From Nitrospirota bacterium (lineage in GTDB: Bacteria; Nitrospirota; UBA9217), in assembly GCA_963740085.1 (NCBI GenBank), contig CAVUCU010000003.1, positions 1 to 64,000 of the forward strand: 64,000 nucleotides of DNA. Direction: 5' to 3'. Below the pieces are notes generated by a model, which made no database searches, was not told the DNA's origin, and worked only from the letters and a program-made list of their open reading frames with translations. Made by a program: the position numbers and the translations under genes. Each line of letters starts with the position of its first letter. Position 1 is the stretch's first letter. Below, one piece after another: positions 41,938-51,491 of the stretch.

Positions 41938-43323
41938 TTGCCGACAAAAGGCCACTCAAAGAGACCTGCCGCGGGTCACCTGGAAAAACTGGATAAAAAA
42001 TACGTCTGGCATCCTTTTACTCAGATGAAGGACTGGGAAAAGGATACGCCGGTCATCATCGAAAGCGGCAAAGGAGCGATCCTCACCGATATCCGCGGCA
42101 AAAAATACATTGACGGGGTGTCATCGCTCTGGGTGACGGTCCACGGACATCGCAAGAAAGAGATAGACCGGGCGGTGGCAATGCAACTCAAGAAGATCTC
42201 CCACTCCACCCTGCTCGGACTCTCGAACGTCCCGTCAATCCTGCTCGCGGAAAAGCTCGTCGCAATAGCGCCGGCCGGACTCTCGAAGGTCTTCTATTCC
42301 GACAACGGCTCCACCAGTGTGGAGATCGCGCTCAAGATCGCCTTTCAGTACTGGCACCAGAGAGGGCCGGAATACCAGCGAAAGACCGGTTTTATCTCTC
42401 TCTCCGGGGCGTATCACGGCGACACGGTCGGTTCCGTGAGCGTTGGGGGCATCGACCTCTTTCACTCCCTCTATAAACCGCTCCTGTTTCATGCCCGCAA
42501 GATCGATTCACCGCACTGTTACCGCTGCGCGTACGGCTTGACTTATCCGGAGTGCCAGAAGACCTGCTTCATGCATGCCGAGAGAACGATCCAGAAATAC
42601 GCCTCCGTGACCGCGGCCCTTATCATCGAACCCCTTGTCCAGGGGGCCGCCGGCATGCTCATCCAGCCGCCGGGATTCGTGAAGCGGATCCGGGAACTTT
42701 GCACGAAGAACAACATTCTGATGATCGCGGACGAAGTGGCAACCGGCTTTGGAAGGACCGGAAAGATGTTCGCCTGCGATCACGAACAGGTTTCTCCGGA
42801 CATTCTGTGCACGGCAAAGGGGATCTCCGGCGGGTACCTTCCCCTCGCGGCCACGCTCACCACCGAGGAGATCTACCGCGGTTTCCTCGGCGAATACGAG
42901 GAGTTCAGGACCTTCTTCCATGGCCACACCTACACCGGGAATCCACTCGCCTGCGCCGCATCCATCGCAAACATCGATCTGTTCAAAAAAGAAAAGACGC
43001 TGGCGAAGCTCCAGCCGAAGATAGCGTACCTGAAAAAGGAATTGGCTCTTTTTTCGGAACTCAGGCACGTCGGCAATATCAGGCAAAAAGGCTTCATGGT
43101 CGGGATTGAACTGGTGAAGGACAGGGCAACGAAAATGCCCTATCCGACCGTGGACAAGATCGGCGCCAGAACAGTACTGGAATGCCGCAAACGCGGGCTT
43201 ATAATCCGTCCCCTCGGGGATGTGATCGTGATCATGCCGCCGCTCTCGATATCGTTGCAGGAACTCAAAAAGATGGTGCAGATCGTATTTACTTCGCTCA
43301 AGCTGGTAACGGAACCGGGCTGA
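41938..43323 (+). CDS. bioA: DAPA aminotransferase
   Basis: VWHPFTQM, DGVSSLWV, DNGSTSVEIALK, ADEVATGFGRTG, AKGISGGYLP, FFHGHTYTGN. Confidence 0.96.
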   Translation: MPTKGHSKRPAAGHLEKLDKKYVWHPFTQMKDWEKDTPVIIESGKGAILTDIRGKKYIDGVSSLWVTVHGHRKKEIDRAVAMQLKKISHSTLLGLSNVPSILLAEKLVAIAPAGLSKVFYSDNGSTSVEIALKIAFQYWHQRGPEYQRKTGFISLSGAYHGDTVGSVSVGGIDLFHSLYKPLLFHARKIDSPHCYRCAYGLTYPECQKTCFMHAERTIQKYASVTAALIIEPLVQGAAGMLIQPPGFVKRIRELCTKNNILMIADEVATGFGRTGKMFACDHEQVSPDILCTAKGISGGYLPLAATLTTEEIYRGFLGEYEEFRTFFHGHTYTGNPLACAASIANIDLFKKEKTLAKLQPKIAYLKKELALFSELRHVGNIRQKGFMVGIELVKDRATKMPYPTVDKIGARTVLECRKRGLIIRPLGDVIVIMPPLSISLQELKKMVQIVFTSLKLVTEPG

Positions 43324-43521
43324 TCGATATTGTCGTGGAAATCCTTTAGGTTGACCCGACCTGATCAGATTATAAGAAACGCTACTCTTGGAAATCCATA
43401 TATGATATCAGGCCGTCCTCTGTGTCTCCGTGCATCCAGGTAAGAAAAGCTTCAGCCTGTTTCCCCTTTTCCTCAGACTCACGCTGACTGTATCCACTTT
43501 ACCTTCACGTGTTTTGAACAT

Positions 43522-44745
43522 ATGGACAAAAAACAGATCCTGAGCTGGTGTCTCTTCGATTTCGCGAACTCGAGCTACTCGGCGGTGATCGCCGCGGTCA
43601 TCTTCCCGGTCTATTACGCCGGCGTGATCGTCGGGAACACCTCCGGTGAGGGCGACCTCTGGTGGGGACGCGCCATCTCCCTGAGCATGCTCTTAATAGC
43701 CCTTTCCTCTCCGTTCCTCGGCGGCATCGCCGACTACGCGGGTCTGCGGAAACGGCTCCTTGCGTTCTATACCGCGACATGCGTCGTTGCCCTGTCGGGG
43801 CTGACGCTCCTCACGCCGGGCGCGGTCGTCGCCGGGTTCATCCTGATCGTGTTCGCAAACATCGGCATGGAAGGCGGCCTGGTCTTCTACAATTCCTTCC
43901 TTCCGCGGATAGCGCCGGCGGAGTATCACGGCAGGGTCTCGAGCTGGGGTTTCAGCATCGGCTACGCGGGCTCCATCGCCTCGCTCCTGATCGCGCTGCC
44001 GCTCGTAAAATCCGGGCATTACGGAATGACGTGGATCGCAACCGCGGCCTTCTTCGCGCTCTTTTCCCTTCCGGCCTTTTTGTTCCTGCCGGGAGACGCC
44101 CGGGCTGACGTGAGGGCAATGCAGGCCGGGACCCGGGGCTTTGAGCAGGCCTGGAAAACCATCAAGGACCTCTGGAAACGCAGGGAACCGAGAAAATTTC
44201 TTATCGCTTATCTGTTGTATGAAGACGGGGTCAATACGGTCATCGTCTTTTCAAGCATCTTTGCGGCAACGACACTGCATTTCGGGACAGGAGAACTTAT
44301 CGGTCTCTACATCACCGTACAATTCACGGCACTCCTCGGCGCCTTCTTCCTGGCAAAGCCCACGGACACCTGGGGACCCAAAAAGGTCGTCATGCTCTCC
44401 CTCATCCTCTGGACCATCGTCGCCGTCACTGCTTATTTTGTGGAGACCAAACAACAGTTCTGGGCCGTCGCATGCACCGCTGGAATGGGGCTCGGGACCG
44501 TACAGGCCGGCACACGCGCCTTTTACACACAATTCGTGCCACAGGGCAGCGAGGCCGAGTATTTCGGCGTTTACTCCCTTGTGGGCAAATCCTCTGCAAT
44601 CTTCGGTCCGCTCGTCTTCGGCTTTGTTTCGTCTACCTTCGGAAGCCAGCGGCCCGCGATCCTCTCCATTGCACTTTTTTTTGTCACGGGGATGATCCTG
44701 CTCAGCATGGTCAAGGGCGGAGGACCGAACATCGGTAAAGAGTGA
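43522..44745 (+). CDS. MFS transporter (UMF1/ATG22-like)
   Basis: SWCLFDFANS, FYNSFLP, GRVSSWG; about 12 TMs. Confidence 0.9.
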   Translation: MDKKQILSWCLFDFANSSYSAVIAAVIFPVYYAGVIVGNTSGEGDLWWGRAISLSMLLIALSSPFLGGIADYAGLRKRLLAFYTATCVVALSGLTLLTPGAVVAGFILIVFANIGMEGGLVFYNSFLPRIAPAEYHGRVSSWGFSIGYAGSIASLLIALPLVKSGHYGMTWIATAAFFALFSLPAFLFLPGDARADVRAMQAGTRGFEQAWKTIKDLWKRREPRKFLIAYLLYEDGVNTVIVFSSIFAATTLHFGTGELIGLYITVQFTALLGAFFLAKPTDTWGPKKVVMLSLILWTIVAVTAYFVETKQQFWAVACTAGMGLGTVQAGTRAFYTQFVPQGSEAEYFGVYSLVGKSSAIFGPLVFGFVSSTFGSQRPAILSIALFFVTGMILLSMVKGGGPNIGKE

Positions 44746-44814
44746 AGGTTGGATTAACAGCCCTGCCTCTGACCTGACCCTGACTCCTGGCTCCTGCCTT
44801 TCCAGTATTTCTTC

Positions 44815-44843
44815 TTGACAAAACCGGAGCTTCCCCTTATAAT
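44815..44843 (+). promoter_or_regulatory. Consensus sigma70 promoter of the yceD-rpmF-plsX-fab operon
   Basis: TTGACA-17 nt-TATAAT exact. Confidence 0.85.
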
Positions 44844-44881
44844 TCGATGCTTACAGCGCTTGCAGCCTCCAGAGAAACAAA

Positions 44882-45397
44882 ATGGCCATGAAGATCAACG
44901 ATATACCGCCAGAGGGGCTTACACTGGATCTGAAACAGCAGCTCGACCTATTCGACACGGGAACGGCATCAACGGCTTTTACGGCGATTCTCAGCATCAG
45001 ACCGACGGGCGCCGAAGTCCTCCATATAAAAGGCCGGGTTCAGGCTGACCCGGAACTCGAGTGCAGCCGTTGTCTGAAGGTTTTTCCGTATCATATCGAT
45101 ACGGAACTGGATATAACCCTTGCCCCGGAGAAGGTCCTTGGAACGGCCCCGGAGCATGAACTTGGCCGGTCAGAGCTCGACATGGAGTTCTATCAGGGCG
45201 AGGAGATAGATCCCGTCGAACTCGTAAAAGAGCAGTTGCTGATTTCCGTTCCCATGGTTCCGCTCCACCGTCCCGACTGCAAGGGCCTTTGCCCCGTCTG
45301 CGGAACGGACCTGAACGAAAGGGACTGTGGTTGCAAGAGAGACAGCCTTGGTGATTTCGGGGCATTTTCCGTTTTAAAGGATCTATTGAAAAAATGA
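44882..45397 (+). CDS. yceD: YceD/DUF177
   Basis: ECSRCL, CKGLCPVCG.DLN..CGC; upstream of rpmF. Confidence 0.93.
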   Translation: MAMKINDIPPEGLTLDLKQQLDLFDTGTASTAFTAILSIRPTGAEVLHIKGRVQADPELECSRCLKVFPYHIDTELDITLAPEKVLGTAPEHELGRSELDMEFYQGEEIDPVELVKEQLLISVPMVPLHRPDCKGLCPVCGTDLNERDCGCKRDSLGDFGAFSVLKDLLKK

Positions 45398-45471
45398 CGT
45401 TTCGCACTGAGAAACGTCTCCCTGAGCGAAGCGAAGGGCCTAAAAAAAGAGGTTAAGGAGTTTACACGAAC

Positions 45472-45654
45472 ATGGCAAATCCAAAACACAAGACATCCAA
45501 GTCCCGCAGGGACAAGAGGCGCACTCACAAGCACCTCAAGGCCCCGAATCTCATGGCCTGTCCGCAATGCCAGGAAGTGAAGCAGCCCCATCACGCCTGC
45601 CTATCCTGCGGCACCTACAACGGCCGCGAGATCGCAACTGTTCAGCAGATATAA
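45472..45654 (+). CDS. rpmF: 50S ribosomal protein L32
   Basis: MANPKHKTSKSRRDKRRTH, CPQC..CLSCG. Confidence 0.97.
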   Translation: MANPKHKTSKSRRDKRRTHKHLKAPNLMACPQCQEVKQPHHACLSCGTYNGREIATVQQI

Positions 45655-45734
45655 CCGGCGCTTGCTCAAAGGCAAAGGGATGATACTGTGTTTTCCGGTA
45701 TGACTCTTTGCCTTTTATATTGCGGAGAGCTTGA

Positions 45735-46748
45735 ATGAAGATCGCTGTTGATGCCATGGGAGGGGACAATGCGCCTCATGCCATCGTCGCCGGAGCCGTT
45801 CAGGCGGCGAAGGAATACGGTATCGGCATCATCGTGGTGGGCATTGAACAAGTTATTCAAGCGGAACTGAAAAAGCACCCCCTTTCACAATCACTGCCGA
45901 TAGAGATACGGAACGCCACCGAGGTGGTGGACATGCTCGACTCTCCGGTCACGGTATTCCGGAGAAAGAAAGACTCTTCGATCCGGGTGGCTAATGAGCT
46001 TGTCAAGAGCGGAGAAGCGGTGGCCGTTATCAGCGCCGGACATACCGGAGCGGCCATGGCCACGTCGCTCTTTGTCCTGGGAAACCTCGAGGGGATCGAG
46101 CGACCGGCTATCGCCACCTTTATGCCGACGATCAAGGGAACGTCCATCATCCTCGATATGGGCGCGAACGTGGACTGCAAACCCAATCACCTTCTTCAGT
46201 TCGCCGTTATGGGTGAGGTCTACGCAAAGTATCTGTTGAAGGTCCCCAGTCCCCGTGTGGGTCTCCTGTCCATCGGCGAAGAAGAGACAAAGGGGAACGA
46301 ACTGACCAAGGAGGCCTTCAAGCTCCTGACCGAGACCTCGCTCAATTTCATCGGCAATGTCGAGGGACGCGACGTCACGTCCGGCAACGCGGATGTCATC
46401 GTCTGCGACGGTTTTGTCGGAAACGTAGTGCTCAAAGTCTCCGAGTCCGTCGCCGAGGCCGTCGGTCTCTTTATTCGCGAGGGTGTCGGCAACAGTATGG
46501 TTCGCAAACTCGGGTATCTCTTGATGAGGCCGGCCTTCCAATATCTCAAACGGCGGACCGATTATGCTGAATACGGCGGCGCGCCGCTCGTCGGCATCAA
46601 TGGCATCAGCATCATCAGCCATGGTCGATCATCCGACCGGGCCATTAAGAATGCCATACGCGTGGCAGCAGAACTCGCGAAGAGCGAGGTCAATAAGCAC
46701 CTGCGCGCGGATATAGAAAAGAATATGGAGCTGACCAGAGCCAAATGA
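45735..46748 (+). CDS. plsX: Phosphate acyltransferase
   Basis: IAVDAMGGD, SAGHTGA, LDMGAN, GEEETKG, CDGFVGN. Confidence 0.97.
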   Translation: MKIAVDAMGGDNAPHAIVAGAVQAAKEYGIGIIVVGIEQVIQAELKKHPLSQSLPIEIRNATEVVDMLDSPVTVFRRKKDSSIRVANELVKSGEAVAVISAGHTGAAMATSLFVLGNLEGIERPAIATFMPTIKGTSIILDMGANVDCKPNHLLQFAVMGEVYAKYLLKVPSPRVGLLSIGEEETKGNELTKEAFKLLTETSLNFIGNVEGRDVTSGNADVIVCDGFVGNVVLKVSESVAEAVGLFIREGVGNSMVRKLGYLLMRPAFQYLKRRTDYAEYGGAPLVGINGISIISHGRSSDRAIKNAIRVAAELAKSEVNKHLRADIEKNMELTRAK

Positions 46749-47725
46749 TTCAAGCGCGCATAACAGGGACCGGGTCGTACGCACCGAAGAAGATCGCCAC
46801 CAATCACGACCTCGAGAAGCTTGTGGACACGAGTGACGCTTGGATTCTCGAACGCACCGGCATCAAGGAACGCAGGATCGCGGAAAAAGGCCAGACCACA
46901 TCCGATCTCGCGTACGAAGCAAGCCGGCGAGCACTCAAAGCCGCCGGACTCGGCGCTGATGATGTGGACCTGATATTGGTTGCGACCATGACGCCGGACA
47001 CGATCCTTCCGTGCACCGGATGCGTGCTTCAGGAGAAGCTCGGGGCCAGGAAAGCGGCGGCATTCGATATCTCCGCGGCCTGCTCAGGATTTATCTACGG
47101 AATGTCCATCGCCGACGCCTTTATCAAGTCCGGGGCCTATAAAACCATTCTCCTTGTAGGGGCGGAGATCCTTTCGCGGTTTACCGACTGGGAGGACCGC
47201 GCGACCTGCGTCCTGTTCGGTGACGGGGCCGGAGCAATCGTGATCCAGCGGCACACGGGCAAGCGCGGTATTCTTTCGAGTCACCTTCATTCGGACGGGA
47301 CCCTCGGGGATTTGATCAAGGTACCTGCCGGAGGCGCCTCGCACCCGTCATCGCACGAAACCATCCGCAAGCGAATGCACTTCATCAAAATGAAGGGCAA
47401 TGAAACGTTCAAGGCCGCGGTTCGGGCGCTGGAGGGAGTGGTTCAGGAGGCACTGGAGCACAATAAGATAAAACCCGAGGAGATCGACTTCCTCGTCCCG
47501 CACCAGGCCAATTTAAGGATCATTCAGGCCATGGCACAGCGCCTGAACATGCCGATGGAAAAGGTCGTGCTCACGCTTCCGAAATACGGGAATACCTCCG
47601 CGGCCTCCATCCCGATGGCGCTTGACGAGGCTGTCCGTGACGGCAGGATCAAGGAAAATCATCTTCTTTTGTTCGAAGCATTCGGCGGTGGACTCACCTG
47701 GGCATCTGCCCTGGTACGGTGGTAA
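46745..47725 (+). CDS. fabH: Beta-ketoacyl-ACP synthase III
   Basis: AACSGF, FGDGAGA, PHQAN, GNTSAAS. Confidence 0.97.
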   Translation: MIQARITGTGSYAPKKIATNHDLEKLVDTSDAWILERTGIKERRIAEKGQTTSDLAYEASRRALKAAGLGADDVDLILVATMTPDTILPCTGCVLQEKLGARKAAAFDISAACSGFIYGMSIADAFIKSGAYKTILLVGAEILSRFTDWEDRATCVLFGDGAGAIVIQRHTGKRGILSSHLHSDGTLGDLIKVPAGGASHPSSHETIRKRMHFIKMKGNETFKAAVRALEGVVQEALEHNKIKPEEIDFLVPHQANLRIIQAMAQRLNMPMEKVVLTLPKYGNTSAASIPMALDEAVRDGRIKENHLLLFEAFGGGLTWASALVRW

Positions 47726-47731
47726 AGAATC

Positions 47732-47833
47732 ATTGGAAATTGCAAATTGGAGATTGGAAAGTGTTCGTTGACATGCTTTTCTCGTTCCGGGTTGCAATTT
47801 AAAATTTCCAATTCTCGATCTTAAATTTCCAAT
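47732..47833. repeat. Heptad-periodic inverted repeat, same family as 38919
   Basis: ATTGGAAATTGCAAATTGGAGATTGGAAA ... AATTTAAAATTTCCAATTCTCGATCTTAAATTTCCAAT. Confidence 0.85.
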
Positions 47834-47853
47834 TAATGTTTTTGGAGGATTCA

Positions 47854-49011
47854 ATGGATTACCTGCTGACAGAGGAACAAATCATGATACGCGATCTCGC
47901 ACGGCAGATCGCCGTGGAAAAGATCGTGCCCGTGCGCGCCGAGCTCGATGAGCATAACAAATTCCCCACTGATATCATGAAGGCCATGGCCCAGGCGGAC
48001 CTCTTCGGGATCTATATCCCCGAGGAATATGGCGGCCTTGGGAAAAAGAGCCTCGATCTCTACATCGCCATCGAAGAGATCTCCAAGGCATGTCTTGGCG
48101 TATCCACGTGCTATGCCGCCAATGCCCTTGGCTCCTATCCGATCCTCCTCTACGGCAGCGACGCGCAGAAGAAAAAATACCTTCCCAACATCGCATCGGG
48201 CAAGGATTTCGTGGCGTTCGGCCTTACCGAGGCAAACGCCGGCAGCGATGCCAGCGGCATCCAGACGACTGCAAAACTTGAAGGCAACGAATACGTGCTG
48301 AACGGCACCAAGCAGTGGATCACGAACGGCGGCGAGGCACGGGTATACACCGTCATCGCCATCACGGACAAGTCCAAGGGCGCCCGCGGCGCTTCTGCCT
48401 TCATCGTGGAAAAGGACACTCCGGGCTTCACCTTCGGCAAGAAAGAGAACAAGATGGGCATCCGGGCATCCTCCACCACCGAGCTCATTTTTAACAACTG
48501 CCGCATCCCCAGGGAAAACCTCATCGCCAGGGAAGGCCTGGGCTTCATCGTGGCCATGAAGACCCTCGACAGCTCGCGCGCAGGCGTGGGCGCCCAGGGT
48601 GTGGGCGTCGCGCAGGGCGCGATCGACGAATGCATCAAGTTCGCCAAGGGCAGGGTCCAGTTCGGCCAGCCCATCACCTCGTTCCAGGCGATCCAGCATA
48701 TGCTTGCGGACATGCAGACCCAGACCGAGGCGGCCCGCGCCCTTGTCTATTCCGCGGCCCGCATGATGGACAGCGGAGCAAAGGACTTCTCCCGGGCGTC
48801 AGCCATGGCGAAGCTCTTCGCTACCGACACGGCCATGAAAGTCACCATTGATGCGGTTCAGGTCATGGGCGGTTCGGGCTACATGAAGGAATACCCCGTT
48901 GAGAAGATGATGCGCGACGCAAAGATCCTCCAGATCTACGAGGGGACCAACCAGGTCCAGCGCAACGTCATTGCCCTCGATATGATCAGGGAAGCGACGA
49001 GACAGAAATAA
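47854..49011 (+). CDS. Acyl-CoA dehydrogenase (Bcd/SCAD-like)
   Basis: FGLTEANAGSD, GTKQWITNG, KMGIRAS, RDAKILQIYEGTNQVQR (catalytic Glu). Confidence 0.95.
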   Translation: MDYLLTEEQIMIRDLARQIAVEKIVPVRAELDEHNKFPTDIMKAMAQADLFGIYIPEEYGGLGKKSLDLYIAIEEISKACLGVSTCYAANALGSYPILLYGSDAQKKKYLPNIASGKDFVAFGLTEANAGSDASGIQTTAKLEGNEYVLNGTKQWITNGGEARVYTVIAITDKSKGARGASAFIVEKDTPGFTFGKKENKMGIRASSTTELIFNNCRIPRENLIAREGLGFIVAMKTLDSSRAGVGAQGVGVAQGAIDECIKFAKGRVQFGQPITSFQAIQHMLADMQTQTEAARALVYSAARMMDSGAKDFSRASAMAKLFATDTAMKVTIDAVQVMGGSGYMKEYPVEKMMRDAKILQIYEGTNQVQRNVIALDMIREATRQK

Positions 49012-49040
49012 GCGGAGCACGAGGACAAAACACTCATTAA

Positions 49041-49095
49041 ACCACAAAGGCACGAAGGCACAAAGGACTGCACCATGCCTTCGTGCCTTTGTGGT
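49041..49095. repeat. Perfect 20-bp inverted repeat built of 9-mers
   Basis: ACCACAAAGGCACGAAGGCA / TGCCTTCGTGCCTTTGTGGT, 15-nt loop. Confidence 0.9.
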
Positions 49096-49110
49096 AAAAG
49101 GATCGGATAC

Positions 49111-49896
49111 ATGCACATCATTGTCTTGATAAAACAGGTCCCCGACACATCGGAAGTCAAGATCAACCGGGAGACCAATACGCTCATTCGCGACGGGGTA
49201 CCGAGCATCATCAATCCCTTTGACATGTTTGCCATTGAAGAGGCTCTTCGCCTGCGCGAGCAGCACGGCGGCAAGGTTACCGCCGTGACCATGGGCCCGC
49301 CTCAGGCGGCAGACTCGCTCAAAGAGGCCGTTGCCATGGGTGTGGACGACGTCGTGTTGTTCTCGGACCGTGCCTTTGCGGGAGCCGATACCTGGGCGAC
49401 ATCCTATACACTCTCTCAGGGGATCAAGAAGATCGGCGCTTTCGACCTCATCATCGCGGGGAAGCAGGCTATCGACGGTGACACGGCCCAGGTCGGTCCC
49501 GAAACAGCGGAGATGCTCGGCATCCCCTTCATCGCCTATGTGCGAAAAATAGAAAAGGTGGAAAATTCTACGCTGGTGGCCGAGCGCATGATGGATGAAG
49601 GATACGATGTTGTCGAGACGTCGCTCCCTGCGCTCATCACGGTCGTGAAAGAGATCAACCAGCCGCGCCTGCCGTCGCTCAAGGGAAAGATGAAGGCCAA
49701 AGGTCTCAAGGTCGCTTCGTGGACCGCGGCGGACATCGGCGCGGACCAGGACCTGTGCGGGCTCAGGGGTTCCCCCACCAAGGTCGTCCGGATATTCCCG
49801 CCCGCGCCGCGTGGACAGCGGGAGATCCTTTCGGGCAGCATGGAAGAGCAGGTTACCACGGTGTTGAAGAAGCTGAAAGAACAGGCGTTGATATAA
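49111..49896 (+). CDS. etfB: Electron transfer flavoprotein beta subunit (bifurcating-type motifs)
   Basis: KQVPD, INPFD, FAGADTWAT, GKQAIDGDTAQVGP, GLRGSPT. Confidence 0.95.
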   Translation: MHIIVLIKQVPDTSEVKINRETNTLIRDGVPSIINPFDMFAIEEALRLREQHGGKVTAVTMGPPQAADSLKEAVAMGVDDVVLFSDRAFAGADTWATSYTLSQGIKKIGAFDLIIAGKQAIDGDTAQVGPETAEMLGIPFIAYVRKIEKVENSTLVAERMMDEGYDVVETSLPALITVVKEINQPRLPSLKGKMKAKGLKVASWTAADIGADQDLCGLRGSPTKVVRIFPPAPRGQREILSGSMEEQVTTVLKKLKEQALI

Positions 49897-49899
49897 ACA

Positions 49900-50120
49900 C
49901 AGGGGACAGGGGTCAGATCAAACTGGAAAAAACTTTTGACACGGATTTACACGGATAAAATTCGGACAACAGCGGAATTTTTCTCTTATGGAGTTTTTAT
50001 CCATCTGGTGAAAGCTCAAGAGAAGCATAATTCTTTTTCTTCCGTTTTTATCATATTTTAATCCGCCTCTTCAGTGTCTAAATGCTTGTTTCTCTCTCCT
50101 GACTACTGGCTTTTGACTCC
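49900..50120. repeat. Nested periodic inverted-repeat elements
   Basis: Outer CAGGGGA-CAGGGGT-CAGA / CTGACTA-CTGGCTT-TTGACTC; inner GACACGGATTTACACGGAT / ATCCGCCTCTTCAGTGTC. Confidence 0.65.
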
Positions 50121-50139
50121 CGATCGTAAGGAGCTTCAC

Positions 50140-51330
50140 ATGGCTGTAAAGGTCATATCTGATAAATGCACCGGATGCGAGACTTGCGTATCCACGTGCC
50201 CGTTCGGCGCTATTGAGATGCGCGACGGCAAGGCGTTCATTACCGAGGCCTGCACCATGTGCGGCGCCTGCGTCGAGGTCTGCGAATTCAAAGCCATCGA
50301 AAAGACGGAAGAGGTTGCCGGCCCGGCTGCCGACCTCTCGGCCTACAAGGGTGTTTGGGTCTTCGCTGAACAGCACAAAGGCAGTATTGCCGGCGTTGCC
50401 CTTGAACTCCTTGGAGAAGGCAGGAAGCTTGCTGATAAAAAGAATGCCAAGCTCGCTGCTGTTTTCCTCGGGCACGGCATCAAAGACACGGCACAGGAAC
50501 TCATTGCCTTCGGCGCAGACATTGTCTACGTAGCAGACGATCCAACGCTCAGGGATTTTAATGATGACTCCTATGCCGCGGTCCTGACATCCCTCGTGAA
50601 ACAGCACAAACCCGAGATACTCCTGGCGGGCGCAACAGCGATCGGCCGCTCCTTTTTCCCCAAGGTAGCCTCTTCACTCTATGCCGGCCTTACCGCCGAC
50701 TGTACCGTTCTCGATATCGACGCTGAGACCGGCCACCTTCACCAGACCCGTCCGGCGTTCGGCGGAAACATCATGGCCACGATCGTCACACCAAACCACC
50801 GTCCCCAAATGGCAACGGTAAGGCATAAGGTGATGAAACCCGCCCCGCGCGACGACGCACGGACCGGCGAGATCATCGACGTCACGTTGAACGGGTCCGA
50901 AACTCTTCGCACCAGGGTCATCAAGACCGTGGAAGAACTGGGCGAGACCGTCAATATTTGTGAAGCGGACATCATCGTAGCGGGCGGCCGGGGCCTGGGC
51001 AGCGCCAAGAACTTCCACCTGCTGGAGGAACTGGCAAAAGCGCTGGGCGGCGCGGTTGCGGCAACGAGGGGAGCTGTCGATGAAGGATGGATCCCCTACT
51101 CCCACCAGGTGGGCCAGACGGGAAAGACGGTCTGTCCAAAGCTGTACATCGCCTGCGGCATCTCAGGCGCTATCCAGCATATTGCAGGGATGCAGTCATC
51201 GGACGTCATTGTAGCGATCAACAAGGACCCCGATGCGCCTATCTTCAGCGTCGCGACCTATGGCATTGTCGGCGATGTGCATGAAGTGCTTCCGATCATG
51301 ATCAAGAAGATCAGGGAAATGCGGGGCTGA
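50140..51330 (+). CDS. etfA: ETF alpha subunit with N-terminal 2x[4Fe-4S] ferredoxin domain
   Basis: [12 protein letters not shown] and [11 protein letters not shown]; [28 protein letters not shown]. Confidence 0.95.
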   Translation: MAVKVISDKCTGCETCVSTCPFGAIEMRDGKAFITEACTMCGACVEVCEFKAIEKTEEVAGPAADLSAYKGVWVFAEQHKGSIAGVALELLGEGRKLADKKNAKLAAVFLGHGIKDTAQELIAFGADIVYVADDPTLRDFNDDSYAAVLTSLVKQHKPEILLAGATAIGRSFFPKVASSLYAGLTADCTVLDIDAETGHLHQTRPAFGGNIMATIVTPNHRPQMATVRHKVMKPAPRDDARTGEIIDVTLNGSETLRTRVIKTVEELGETVNICEADIIVAGGRGLGSAKNFHLLEELAKALGGAVAATRGAVDEGWIPYSHQVGQTGKTVCPKLYIACGISGAIQHIAGMQSSDVIVAINKDPDAPIFSVATYGIVGDVHEVLPIMIKKIREMRG

Positions 51331-51345
51331 GGGCAAAAATCTTTT

Positions 51346-51445
51346 TCTCGCAGAGGCGCAGAGTTCACCGAGAATAACCTAGAAATAATCCGGGCTAAAA
51401 TCAAGTTGCTGATTTAACTCCGCGTCCCCTGCGTGCTCCGCGAGA
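51346..51445. repeat. Nonamer-periodic inverted repeat (CGCAGAG type)
   Basis: TCTCGCAGAGGCGCAGAGTTCACCGAG ... CTCCGCGTCCCCTGCGTGCTCCGCGAGA. Confidence 0.75.
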
Positions 51446-51491
51446 GACGCTTTATGGTTTTGTCTTATAATTTTTTGAGGTTTATACTTTT

